From IMG/VR virus record IMGVR_UViG_3300023218_000202, positions 3,833 through 67,832 of that record: DNA of 64,000 nt. One strand, written 5' to 3'. The DNA is from a virus (taxonomy: Duplodnaviria; Caudoviricetes). The notes under the pieces are model-generated. The model saw nothing but the letters and a program-made list of their open reading frames with translations, searched no databases and was not told the origin of the DNA. The position numbers and the translations under genes were made by a program. Shown here in pieces: positions 8,561-17,740 of the stretch (the stretch's first letter is position 1; each line of letters begins with the position of its first letter).

Positions 8561-10085
8561 ACGACAACGCAAGCGGCGCCGCCGGCAGGACAACCACGAT
8601 AGCTGGCTGCACCACGGCCGTAAGAAGTTCGCCTGCCGCTGGGCTGTGCTCTACCACGACCCGTCCACCGATAAGATCGAATGGGCCGGCTACGACGACG
8701 ACAGGCACACCCCACGCGAGGCGCAGAAGGAGTACAGCCGCTGGCGTCGCGAGGTCGGCAAGTCGACCGGCCAGGATCAGCCTTCACCCGAGGACGTGTG
8801 GCTGTTCTTCTACCCCGACGACCCGGTTCCCACCCTGGCCAACGCCGAGTCGAGACAGAACGACTACCATCAATTCAAGCAGGACCTCGAAAACGACCCC
8901 TCATTCAACCAGACGAGCGAGAAGGCGTCCTTCCGCGTGGACAAGGAAGGCGTGGCCCACTTCGAGCTCAAGACCCGGACCATTCGCGAGCTGGACCAGC
9001 TGCTGGAGGAGCTCAACGTCGACACCTCAGAATGGCAAATCGAGGATTGGACCGGCGGCAAGCACGACCAGGGCATGAAGCTCAAGCGCGTGCTGGCCGA
9101 CGGGACCAGCTACCAGGTCCCGGTCGTCACCCAGTTGTTCCACATCCGGGCCCGCTTCCGGCCGCGGGTCAAAGAGCGCGCCTTGGAGTTGCTGTTCAAG
9201 GAGATGAAGACCTGGGTCAAGGGCTACCGCCGGCGGCACCCGCGCCGCAGCCGGCTCAAGCGGGAGCTGGCCCACCCCGACGGGTTGATGCTCAAGATCG
9301 ACAACCCGGATCTGCACTTCGGACGGCAGGCCGAGCCCGAGATCACGGGCTACGAGTACAACCTCGAGCGCGCCCGCCAGCTGGAGATCGATTCGGTGGC
9401 CTACCACCTCGAGATGGCCACCGGCCAGTTCCCGATCAAGCACGTGCTCATGCCCGTGGGCAACGACCGCTTCAACGTCGACAACCTCTGGAAGACGACC
9501 AGCCACGGGACCTCTCAGGAGGAGGTCACGGCGCGCAAGCTCACCTGGCAATGGGCCAAGCAGAGCATCATCGACGCCGTCGAGCTCTGCCTCGATCGAG
9601 ACGTTCTGGTCACGCTCGTGCCCGTGCTCGGGAACCACGAAGAGGACACGATGGAGAAGTTCGCCGACCTGCTGGGTGTCTTCTGGGACGACGACCCGCG
9701 CGTGACGGTCTACCCGGCCTCGACGCGCCAGTACGTGCGCTACGGCGCGAACCTGATCGGCCTCACCCACGGCTACTACGAGAAGTGGGACGAGTTGCCG
9801 GGGATCATGATGGCCGAGCAGCGCGGGCACCTGTCGGGATGCTCGTGGCTGGAGTTCAACACGGCGCACGAGCACCGCTGGCTCGTGAAGGACGGCTCCA
9901 GCGTGCTCATCTGGACCAGTCCATCGATGGCCGCGCCCAGCTACTGGGAGCACAAGAAGGGCTACACGGCCAGCCAGCGCGCCTCGGAGAGCGTGGTCTA
10001 TCGTCCCGACGGCGGCCGGGTGGCGCACTACCCGTTCGTGATCGAAGAGAAAGCCCATCCGGCCAAGGCCGCGATCGAGGTCTGA
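8544..10085 (+). CDS. Calcineurin-like metallophosphoesterase with N-terminal extension
   Basis: DLHFG, GND, GNHE, THG and AHEH metal-binding motifs in canonical order. Confidence 0.8.
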   Translation: MTRSRKRQRKRRRRQDNHDSWLHHGRKKFACRWAVLYHDPSTDKIEWAGYDDDRHTPREAQKEYSRWRREVGKSTGQDQPSPEDVWLFFYPDDPVPTLANAESRQNDYHQFKQDLENDPSFNQTSEKASFRVDKEGVAHFELKTRTIRELDQLLEELNVDTSEWQIEDWTGGKHDQGMKLKRVLADGTSYQVPVVTQLFHIRARFRPRVKERALELLFKEMKTWVKGYRRRHPRRSRLKRELAHPDGLMLKIDNPDLHFGRQAEPEITGYEYNLERARQLEIDSVAYHLEMATGQFPIKHVLMPVGNDRFNVDNLWKTTSHGTSQEEVTARKLTWQWAKQSIIDAVELCLDRDVLVTLVPVLGNHEEDTMEKFADLLGVFWDDDPRVTVYPASTRQYVRYGANLIGLTHGYYEKWDELPGIMMAEQRGHLSGCSWLEFNTAHEHRWLVKDGSSVLIWTSPSMAAPSYWEHKKGYTASQRASESVVYRPDGGRVAHYPFVIEEKAHPAKAAIEV

Positions 10086-10095
10086 AAGGAGACCC

Positions 10096-11217
10096 ATGTT
10101 CCACCGCTACCTGATGACAGCAATTCTGGCGCTTCCGATGTGGGTCGGGGCCTTCGCGCTCGCGGCCGCGGTCCTGTCCTTGGACGCGCCTCCCGAACGA
10201 GACAGCGCGCCCTCGAGCGATGCCCGGCTGCTTTCGTCCTGGAATCCGGACCAGCCGCTCGACCGCTACCGGCGGCTCGTCTCGGAGGGCGAGCTCGACC
10301 CGCGTTGCTTCCCCGAGAGTCCGATCCAGGACGTACCGCAACACGTAGCTTGGCGCTGGGGCAAGGACAACAACATCCGAGGGAACCAAACCGCCCCGGC
10401 CGGGCTCGAGGTGGATCTGGACCTGCATGCGGTCTCGCGTGACATCCTGCGCAACAGCGTCAGGCGCGTCGACATGTGGGGCACCAGCGGCCCGATCTCG
10501 GCGGTCTGCAAGGACCGTCCCGGCTGGCTCAGCTTCGGCAACGCGATCGCGCTGCAGGACATCGAGGTCCAAACGGGCTCTTACCGGACCCTTTGGGTCA
10601 CGACCGACCACATCGCCTGGCCGAACGAATACCTGCGCGCCTCCCCTCAGACGCCGAATTTCAACGCGATCACGGTCAACGGCTACCAGATCACACGCCT
10701 CCCGCGCCGGCCGGACGAGGGCGTGGCCTTCTTCACGACGCCGAAGCTCTACGACGTGACGCCGTTCTGCTACTGGCACAAGGCGTTCGGGGATGGGTCG
10801 AAATGCGTTGCGGAGGCCGAGGATGTCTTCGTCGGGCAACGGATCTATGTGCCGTTCTCCCACATCCAGACGAGCTGCTGGCCCAACGAACGCAATCCCT
10901 GGGCCCCGGATTGGGACTGCATCCACGAGAACGGCGTGACCAACACGGGCTGGATCGCTGGCACGACCAAGACCTACGGCAAGATGGGCGGCCAGGTCCA
11001 GACCCAGACCGACATCCGTGGCGGGGCCTCCGGCGGGCCCGTTTTGATCAAGGTCGACGATGGGAACGAACTGACCAACGCCCGGGACTTCGCGCTCGTG
11101 AGCGTCAACAACACCGGCACCCCCGACGGCAGCGGCAACACCCAGGTCGTCACCCGCGAGATGGTCGAGCGGGCCATTCGATGGGCCGAATCTCAGGGGA
11201 GCCCCTGGCAGGATTGA
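10096..11217 (+). CDS. Secreted trypsin-like serine protease
   Basis: Signal peptide; LWVTTDHI (His motif) and RGGASGGPVL (Ser motif). Confidence 0.75.
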   Translation: MFHRYLMTAILALPMWVGAFALAAAVLSLDAPPERDSAPSSDARLLSSWNPDQPLDRYRRLVSEGELDPRCFPESPIQDVPQHVAWRWGKDNNIRGNQTAPAGLEVDLDLHAVSRDILRNSVRRVDMWGTSGPISAVCKDRPGWLSFGNAIALQDIEVQTGSYRTLWVTTDHIAWPNEYLRASPQTPNFNAITVNGYQITRLPRRPDEGVAFFTTPKLYDVTPFCYWHKAFGDGSKCVAEAEDVFVGQRIYVPFSHIQTSCWPNERNPWAPDWDCIHENGVTNTGWIAGTTKTYGKMGGQVQTQTDIRGGASGGPVLIKVDDGNELTNARDFALVSVNNTGTPDGSGNTQVVTREMVERAIRWAESQGSPWQD

Positions 11218-11260
11218 GCGATCGAGCCCGTTACGCTTCGTGCGTTATGCGTAGCGGGTC

Positions 11261-11482
11261 TCAGAGTATGCGGTCTTGGTCTCGCTCGGGGCTGGTCCAG
11301 TATCCGAGCGCCCACCACGCGCAGGCGAACTGGGCGGCCAGCACGAGGTAGTAGGCAGGCCAGTAGCCTCGGCAGGCTCGGGTAATGCAGCCCACGCCGA
11401 TGACCACGCCGATCAGCAGCGGGAGCAGCAGGCCGGCCAGGACCGTGAGTGCGATCAGGACGTCCTTGGCTCGCTTCTTCAT
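11261..11482 (-). CDS. Small two-TM membrane protein
   Basis: SD AAGGAGG; two hydrophobic segments. Confidence 0.55.
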   Translation of the reverse strand: MKKRAKDVLIALTVLAGLLLPLLIGVVIGVGCITRACRGYWPAYYLVLAAQFACAWWALGYWTSPERDQDRIL

Positions 11483-11515
11483 GGTCGCCCTCCTTGGCAA
11501 AGAGCGTAGTGGCGG

Positions 11516-11815
11516 TCAACGATCGTGTCGGCCCACGACCACTCGCTCCCCCAGCTCCGCGATCCTGTGGACGAGAGCCTCGGTCATGGGGTAGCCCTTC
11601 TCGCCGTCGTGGTGCCGGTTGCGGATCTTGCTGAGGTAGCTCGCATCGACGCCGAGCTCGCCGGCCAGCTCGTAGAGGCGCCAGCCTCCCTCCTCCATGA
11701 ACCGGTCGAGCACCTCGGGGCCACGGTTGCGGATCTCGGCCAGTAGCAGGTCGTGTTCCCTTAACGCCTCGGCCCAACGCCTGAATCTGGCTGCCGCCGT
11801 CTTCCTCGTCGCCAT
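11516..11815 (-). CDS. XRE-family HTH transcriptional regulator
   Basis: LYELAGELGVDASYLSKIRN helix-turn-helix. Confidence 0.75.
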   Translation of the reverse strand: MATRKTAAARFRRWAEALREHDLLLAEIRNRGPEVLDRFMEEGGWRLYELAGELGVDASYLSKIRNRHHDGEKGYPMTEALVHRIAELGERVVVGRHDR

Positions 11816-12046
11816 TCGTCCAATCGCCTCCTGTCTCATTCGGTCGCGCCGGTGGCCCCGGTGTCGTCCAGTCTTTCAGCAATAAGCTGGACATTCCAGC
11901 CCCGATCTGGGCGCCTGTGCCCGCTAAATGTTCGATTTCGTCACCCACCTCTCGAGTCGATTGTGCTTTGAAAGCCCGTTATGAAAGCCATAACAGGTAC
12001 ATCCGCCCTTCGCGCCCGTGTGTTTGCCATTCGTTCGCCCGCTCTC

Positions 12047-12096
12047 TTGGAGTTGAGGTTCAACTCCAATGTACCTTAAACAGCAAGGTATTTCAA
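12047..12096 (-). promoter_or_regulatory. Leftward promoter with overlapping inverted-repeat operators
   Basis: Minus strand TTGAAA-17-TACATT (12096-12068). Inverted repeats ttggagttga-ggt-tcaactccaa (12047-12069) and tacctt-7-aaggta (12072-12090). Confidence 0.6.
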
Positions 12097-12200
12097 GCTA
12101 TTGACAGACATCAGGAGCAAGGAAGCCCTTGGGTAATAGCTTGGGGGGCGATGGGACGACTGTCCCCGTTTCGTCGGACAAAGATCCCGGAGAAAACCGC

Positions 12201-12434
12201 TCAAGTCCGACGGTTGCCCGACTGCGAAAGCCAGTTCGATAGGATCTGCTCGACGAGATCGTAGGTGTTGATCCCGCGCCGCATGGCCTGGACCTTGATC
12301 TCCAGGCCCAGCGATTCGGGCAGGTGGTAGGAGAACTGCTTGCGTCGTTCCTCGGCTTGGGAGACTGCCAGTCCCTCTCCCGGCAACGTGTCAGTGTCTG
12401 GATGCGATTCCTTCAGTGGGTTGCGTCGAGCCAT
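12201..12434 (-). CDS. Ribbon-helix-helix partition adaptor (ParG-like)
   Basis: Flexible N-terminus then KQFSYHLPESLGLEIKVQA...YDLVEQILSNWL; directly downstream of parA. Confidence 0.65.
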   Translation of the reverse strand: MARRNPLKESHPDTDTLPGEGLAVSQAEERRKQFSYHLPESLGLEIKVQAMRRGINTYDLVEQILSNWLSQSGNRRT

Positions 12435-13186
12435 GTGAGCACCTCCAGTGCGAGTCGGTCGTAGTCCTGTGCGCCGGCGCAGCCGGGGTCATATAGCTGG
12501 ATGGGCACGCCCTGCCAGGCGGCCTCGCTCAACTTCACGTTCTGGCGGATCTTGGTCTGCATGATTTGCGCGCCCAGCCCATCTGCAAAGGCCTCGGCCA
12601 CCTGGGCGTGATGGCGGATGCGCGCTTGGTGCATGGTCAGCACGACGCCCAGCACCGCCAGTTTGGGATTGAGCTTGCGCTTGACCAATGCGATCGTGTT
12701 CTGGAGCTCGGCCACGCCCTCGAGCGAGAAATACTGGCTCTCGGACGGGACGAGCACGTAGTCGGCCGCTGTCAGGGCGTTGAGCGTCATAATCCCCAAG
12801 TTGGGCGGGCAGTCGATCAGCACGAAGTCCACCTCGGCTTCGATGGGGGCAAGCGCGTCTCGCAGCAACGTCTCTCGGCTCACGACGGTGGTGATTTGGA
12901 CCTCGTAGTTGGCCAGCGCGCGGCTCGCGCAGATCAAGTACATGGCCTCGAGCCCGTCGACCTGATAGGTCGCTTCGTCAGCAGGCCGGCCGTCCATGGC
13001 CTCACGGATTGTGATCTCTGGGGCGTGCACACCGAGGTGTTTGGTCGCGTGCGCCTGGGCGTCCAGGTCGACCAGCAGCACGCACTTCCCCCCGGCTGCC
13101 AGCGCAGCGCCGAGGTTGACCGCGGTAGTCGTCTTGGACGTGCCGCCCTTTGCGTTAGAGACGGCGATCTTGATAGCCATGTCCAT
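12413..13186 (-). CDS. parA: ParA/Soj partition ATPase
   Basis: KGGTSKTTT deviant Walker A; LVDLDAQA; IDCPP; EQGVP-like AAWQGVPI. Confidence 0.92.
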   Translation of the reverse strand: MDMAIKIAVSNAKGGTSKTTTAVNLGAALAAGGKCVLLVDLDAQAHATKHLGVHAPEITIREAMDGRPADEATYQVDGLEAMYLICASRALANYEVQITTVVSRETLLRDALAPIEAEVDFVLIDCPPNLGIMTLNALTAADYVLVPSESQYFSLEGVAELQNTIALVKRKLNPKLAVLGVVLTMHQARIRHHAQVAEAFADGLGAQIMQTKIRQNVKLSEAAWQGVPIQLYDPGCAGAQDYDRLALEVLTWLDATH

Positions 13187-13496
13187 AGGTATAAGGCAAA
13201 CCCTGGAAGATTGACAAATCAGGAGGTCACTACCTGGGTGGACATCGGTTAAGCTGGGGGAAGACTAACCTCGCTCTCAACCTTGATAGAGATTTAGGTA
13301 GGTAGATCGGTAGATCAACGCTTGCGCTTAGATTCGTAAAGACGCTGAGGGAGGACATTTGCGTGTGCCGCACTTGGGATGAGGCGGTAGCAAAGAGGCG
13401 CCTCCCTCAGCGTTCTAAGTGAAACCACTGGATTCGGATTGTCGTAATTTATGAGGTCTACCGAGGCTCCTCACATCACAGTCTAACTTCCATACC

Positions 13497-13525
13497 TTGA
13501 CTTGTCTAGTCTTTCATGTTACGCT
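13497..13525 (+). promoter_or_regulatory. Sigma70-like promoter upstream of the replication operon
   Basis: TTGACT-17-TACGCT in an AT-richer intergenic region. Confidence 0.55.
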
Positions 13526-13562
13526 ACCAAAACAGCACTTGGGATAGGGGCTGTAGACTATG

Positions 13563-13655
13563 CCTGCAACAGGATCGCACGAGAGGTGGGCAATCGAAGA
13601 TCGAATTCGTCTCTCCTGTATAGATCAAGGTTTTGCTGCCTCTCCCTGTTGCAGG
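13563..13655 (+). ncRNA. Long hairpin in the rep leader (candidate regulatory RNA)
   Basis: cctgcaacagg/cctgttgcagg outer stem plus gagaggtgggcaa/ttgctgcctctc inner stem. Confidence 0.35.
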
Positions 13656-14118
13656 ATTGTAGCGCCTTCTTAGTCAAATAACGCGGGTCGATCTCACCCC
13701 ATCGGCCGGATCTTCGACAAGGAGCCTCGGAGATTGGAGCCACGTGGGCGCACGGGACAATTGTCCTTTGAGATTGGGACGGATGGCAGTAGGCTTCGTC
13801 TCAACAGAGCGTAGGGGGGAAAAGGGAAGCGGCCCCGGATCGCGCCAGGGCCGCCAATCACATGTGTTTCCAGCTGCTGGTACTTCACATTCTAGCACGT
13901 CTGTACCCTTCCTGCCAAGACATCCCGCGACGATTCAGATCGGTTTTCGGCGGAGGCAAAGAGAAAGCCCCTCCCGCGCCAGCTGGGAAGGGCTCTCCGG
14001 AGTCTCCAGGTTCCTGTGCAGAACAAGGAGTGACTATGGCCTCATCTTACCCCATCTGCCGTTTGCGGTCAACCCGGTCGTCGTCCAACCCCATTCTGTC
14101 TGTGGAAGGGAGGCGTGA

Positions 14119-15246
14119 GTGACACGACAACAGACGGTTTCCCAACTTCGGGACGGACAGGCCACCTTCGATCGAATTATCCAGATCGAGCGCTGGCAGC
14201 ACGACTCGTTCCTCGTGCGGAAGCTCTACGTGGACATCGCCGGCGGCGACCTGATCGCCGGCATCCTGCTCAGCCAGATCGTCTATTGGAACTCGCCTGG
14301 CCAGGACGGCACCGATCGGGTGCGGGTCGAGCGGGATGGGCGCCGCTGGCTCGTGCGCGCCTACGACGAGTGGTGGGAGGACTGCCGGGTCACCGAGAAG
14401 CGCGCCCGGAACGCGATCTCCTCGCTCAGGCAGATCAAGGACGATCAGGGGAACTCATTGATCGAGACGAAGGTCTGGAAGTTCCAGGGCTCTCCCAAGC
14501 TCCACATCTGGCTCGACCGAGATCTGTTCGCTCGGATTTGGTCACAGTGCGTTTTCTCGTCCTCTGCTCGGGGTGACACCTCTGACACGGGTGACAACAT
14601 GTCACCCCCCTCAGACCCCGGCCCTGCCTCTTCGGCGCATAAATCAGAGCAGAACGGACATTCTCCCGACTTGCCCAAAGGGCAAGACGACTTGCCCAAA
14701 GGGCAAGTGGATTCTGCCGAAAGGGCAAGTCCTCCTATTAGTAAGACTTTGACAGAGACTACACCCCCTGAGTTAACAGACAAGTCTGTTAACTCTGTCG
14801 GGTCCGCTGGCGCGGACGCCGACCCGCCGAGCCCGAACGGGAACGGGCACACCCAAAACGGCAAGTCGGACCCCCTCACCGAGCAAGCCTGCCAGGTGAT
14901 CGACGAACTGAACCGGCTCCTGAAGGAGCGAGACACCAACTACGGGCGCTACAAGCACGCGAAGTCGAACCTCAAGCCCATCCGGGCGCGTTTGCGTGAA
15001 GGCGCGTCGCTGGATGAGTGCCTGTTGGTGGTGGTGCACCGCATCGAAAAGTGGTGGGCCAAGCCTGAGATGCGCGAGTACCTGCGCCCGGTGACGCTCT
15101 TCCGGCCCACGAAGTTCGACGGGTATCTGCAGGACGCGCTGGCTTGGCAGGATGCCGGCGGCGCGGCCGCGCTGGGCGAGTACGGGGGGTACTACGGCGA
15201 CGAGGACCGAGACGAGGGGGTGCAGCGTGAGCGAAGTGGCTTCTGA
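14119..15246 (+). CDS. Phage replication initiator
   Basis: N-terminal wHTH-like region (ILLSQIVYW...WWEDC); C-terminal EYLRPVTLFRPTKFDGYLQ, a conserved phage replisome-organiser motif; followed by a DnaC-like gene. Confidence 0.85.
   Translation: MTRQQTVSQLRDGQATFDRIIQIERWQHDSFLVRKLYVDIAGGDLIAGILLSQIVYWNSPGQDGTDRVRVERDGRRWLVRAYDEWWEDCRVTEKRARNAISSLRQIKDDQGNSLIETKVWKFQGSPKLHIWLDRDLFARIWSQCVFSSSARGDTSDTGDNMSPPSDPGPASSAHKSEQNGHSPDLPKGQDDLPKGQVDSAERASPPISKTLTETTPPELTDKSVNSVGSAGADADPPSPNGNGHTQNGKSDPLTEQACQVIDELNRLLKERDTNYGRYKHAKSNLKPIRARLREGASLDECLLVVVHRIEKWWAKPEMREYLRPVTLFRPTKFDGYLQDALAWQDAGGAAALGEYGGYYGDEDRDEGVQRERSGF
14668..14730 (+). repeat. Three 21-bp tandem iteron-like repeats inside rep
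   Basis: gacttgcccaaagggcaagac / gacttgcccaaagggcaagtg / gattctgccgaaagggcaagt; the first two contain the palindrome cttgccc-aaa-gggcaag. Confidence 0.8.
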
Positions 15247-15997
15247 GCGGATGTTACGGAACCTGGGCGCCGCCGGCGCGGGTCTCGAGCTCGACGAGCG
15301 CGGCCGGTTCCAGCCCAAGGAGTGGACGCCCGAGGAAGAGGCGCGTGCCAAGGCTGCGATCGAAGAGCGTGAGCGCCGCGAGCGCCAGGAACAGCAAGAG
15401 CGACTGCGCGAGTCGTTGTCCCAGTCGGGGATGCTGGGCTACGCCGTGGCCCGCCTGGACGACGAGGTCGTGGCTCGCATTGAACGCCATGCACCCGAGG
15501 TGGTCAAGCGCTGTCGGGCCTACGCCGCGGGCAACGGATGGCAGCGCGGTCAGGGACTGACAATCTCGGGCCCGATGGGCCACGGCAAGACCTACCTGGC
15601 CTGTGCGACCGCGGCCGAGATGGCGCTCCAGCATCGGCTCAGGATTCGGTTCATCAACTGCCTCGACTTCACCGACGAGATGGAGGGCTTCGGCCGTAAT
15701 AAGAAGCTGCTGCGCCAGCTCCAGACGTGTCCCCTGCTCGTGCTGGATGACGTGGGCATCCAACTGGCCGACTGGCAGACGCCCGAGACGCAGAAGGCGC
15801 TCACGAGGCTGATCGAACACCGCTACCGCGCGTGGCTGCCCACCGTCGTGACCACCAATCTGCCCTCGGTCGACAAGCACGCCCCGATGGACTTCCTGCG
15901 CTTCGTGGGGCCGAAGGTCAAGGACCGACTCGACGAGCGCAACCAGGGGATGCGACTGGAGGGCAAGAGCCTGCGGCACGGGGGGGGTGAGGCATGA
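15227..15997 (+). CDS. DnaC/IstB-like AAA+ helicase loader
   Basis: GPMGHGKT Walker A, LLVLDDVG Walker B, VVTTN and DRLDE motifs. Confidence 0.88.
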   Translation: MSEVASERMLRNLGAAGAGLELDERGRFQPKEWTPEEEARAKAAIEERERRERQEQQERLRESLSQSGMLGYAVARLDDEVVARIERHAPEVVKRCRAYAAGNGWQRGQGLTISGPMGHGKTYLACATAAEMALQHRLRIRFINCLDFTDEMEGFGRNKKLLRQLQTCPLLVLDDVGIQLADWQTPETQKALTRLIEHRYRAWLPTVVTTNLPSVDKHAPMDFLRFVGPKVKDRLDERNQGMRLEGKSLRHGGGEA

Positions 15998-16188
15998 GCA
16001 GTGAACGTCCGGAACACCCCGGGCAACTTGGCCTCCCGATTCAAGACCACAAGCTGCCGGTGAAGTGTCCCAACTGCGGGGCGAAGCAGAGCGACTTCGA
16101 GAAGTCGTTCTACGGCTGGATCTGCGGGATTTGTGGCCATCCGCTCGACGTCAAGACTCAGAAGGGAGGCGAGAGCGCCGATGGCTGA
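15994..16188 (+). CDS. Zn-ribbon protein
   Basis: CPNC...CGIC; ATGA coupling. Confidence 0.65.
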   Translation: MSSERPEHPGQLGLPIQDHKLPVKCPNCGAKQSDFEKSFYGWICGICGHPLDVKTQKGGESADG

Positions 16189-16450
16189 AGTCTGGGCCGT
16201 TACGGCGGGCGCTTTGATCGGTGTCATGCTCTTCGGCGGCGGGATCGGGTTGGGTTACTGGCTGGGCGCCACGGTCGAGCGAGGCCGCTGGCGCGCGAAC
16301 GTCATCAGCTCGCAACAAGAGCAGATCGCTTTCATCCAGCACCAGCAAGCCCAAGCCCAAGCTCCCGAGGGGGATGGTGCTGCCTCTCAGACGTCCTCCC
16401 AGGTGCGTCAGGGCGCCCAGGCCAAGATGCGTGTCGAGGGGTTTTCATGA
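16181..16450 (+). CDS. Single-TM membrane protein
   Basis: SD GGAGG; N-terminal hydrophobic helix, Q-rich tail. Confidence 0.6.
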   Translation: MAEVWAVTAGALIGVMLFGGGIGLGYWLGATVERGRWRANVISSQQEQIAFIQHQQAQAQAPEGDGAASQTSSQVRQGAQAKMRVEGFS

Positions 16451-16498
16451 CCCAGCGTTTGTTCCGGCAGTTGGGCGCGCTGCCAGTCAGGAGCTCGC

Positions 16499-17032
16499 AT
16501 GGCGATCGCCGTCGCAGGAGGGAAGGTCGAGAAACGAACCCAGGACATCCACAAAGACCCCGACTTCGTGATCGGGCGCGGGATCTCATACGTGCGCGCT
16601 GCGCGCATCGCCGAGGTGACGGGGATGACCTCGCAGCAGGTCGTGGCGCGCATCAAGCAAGTCCCGTTCCCGGTGCCAAAAATCTGCCGCCGGTCGGTGC
16701 GCGAGTGCTTCTACCGGACCGACTTCATCGTGGCGCTGTTCTTCCTCGAGGGGGAGAACTGCATCTTCTGCCTCAACCCGCTCGGACCGCGTCAGTACGA
16801 GTGCTGTTCACGGGTGTGCGTCTCTCGCTATCGCCAGAACGACGAGTCGACCATCGCGGTCAAGGTGCCGGTTTCGGGCCATGTGGCCCGCAAGCTGTTC
16901 CGGCTGGCGCTCAGGGACCAGATGGTACCCACGGGCCTTGCCTCGGTCCTGCTCAAGGACCGGGTCGAGCTGGCCCACAAGCAGGCCGGCGATTTCCTGC
17001 TGCAGAAACCTCAACGCGCCGGCCTAGACTGA
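16499..17032 (+). CDS. Putative DNA-binding protein (HTH-like + Zn finger)
   Basis: ARIAEVTGMTSQQV; CIFC...CCSRVC. Confidence 0.6.
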   Translation: MAIAVAGGKVEKRTQDIHKDPDFVIGRGISYVRAARIAEVTGMTSQQVVARIKQVPFPVPKICRRSVRECFYRTDFIVALFFLEGENCIFCLNPLGPRQYECCSRVCVSRYRQNDESTIAVKVPVSGHVARKLFRLALRDQMVPTGLASVLLKDRVELAHKQAGDFLLQKPQRAGLD

Positions 17033-17048
17033 ACGCATCTGGAGGTGC

Positions 17049-17525
17049 ATGGATGTGAAAGACGACGCGATCCGCCAGCACGGCGCGGCCAAGCAACTGG
17101 CCGAGGAGCACTTCATCGGCGAGGGCAAGCCCTACTACTTCCTGCGGGACTGCAACATCCTGTGGGTGGAGCAGGACGTGCGCGTGCCCAAGGGCTACAG
17201 CGTGGGCAAGGTCAACGGCCTCTGGCGCTGGCAGACGGGCTACGACATCGTGATCCGTATCCGCACAGATTGGTGGGAGTCCTTCGAGACCCACGAGGAG
17301 CGGCTGGCCTACCTTGACCACATCCTGGCGCACATCGAGCTGACCGACGAGGACAGCTACGTCATCAAGGAGCCGGACCTGCAGATGTTCTCCGCCGTGG
17401 CCGCGCGCCACCAGGAGGCGTACCTGGAGCGGATGCAGGAGCACACCGAGGGCATCGCGCAGATGCAGTTCGACTTCGAGCCCGAGGTTCGCAGCGGCGA
17501 GCTGGCCGCGACGAACAACGTGTGA
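17049..17525 (+). CDS. Phage metallopeptidase-like domain protein, degenerate HExxH
   Basis: DIVIRI...W...RLAYLDHILAHI...PDLQMFSAVAARH; HILAH replaces HExxH. Confidence 0.65.
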   Translation: MDVKDDAIRQHGAAKQLAEEHFIGEGKPYYFLRDCNILWVEQDVRVPKGYSVGKVNGLWRWQTGYDIVIRIRTDWWESFETHEERLAYLDHILAHIELTDEDSYVIKEPDLQMFSAVAARHQEAYLERMQEHTEGIAQMQFDFEPEVRSGELAATNNV

Positions 17526-17740
17526 TGGTGCTCTGCAAGCTGACCGGGCTCGAGTGCGAGCTAGTCGACGAGCCGACCGACAAGGTCATGCGGAACCCGG
17601 CGAAGAACCTAGCGGTGCGGGGTTTCCGCGCGACCGGAATTCAGTTCTGCGGGGAGTGCGGGTGCTCGACCGAGGCCAAGCGCCGGCTCGGGTTCCCCTG
17701 CCCGCTTGGAAAGGGTGCATCCAACCATGAGCCAGAATGA
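17522..17740 (+). CDS. Small Cys-rich protein
   Basis: CKLTGLEC, CGECGC and CPL motifs. Confidence 0.55.
   Translation: MMVLCKLTGLECELVDEPTDKVMRNPAKNLAVRGFRATGIQFCGECGCSTEAKRRLGFPCPLGKGASNHEPE

Noticed and set aside
13371-13545. Repeated cacttgggat 10-mer
   Set aside because: Only two copies; insufficient to call a parS or iteron set.
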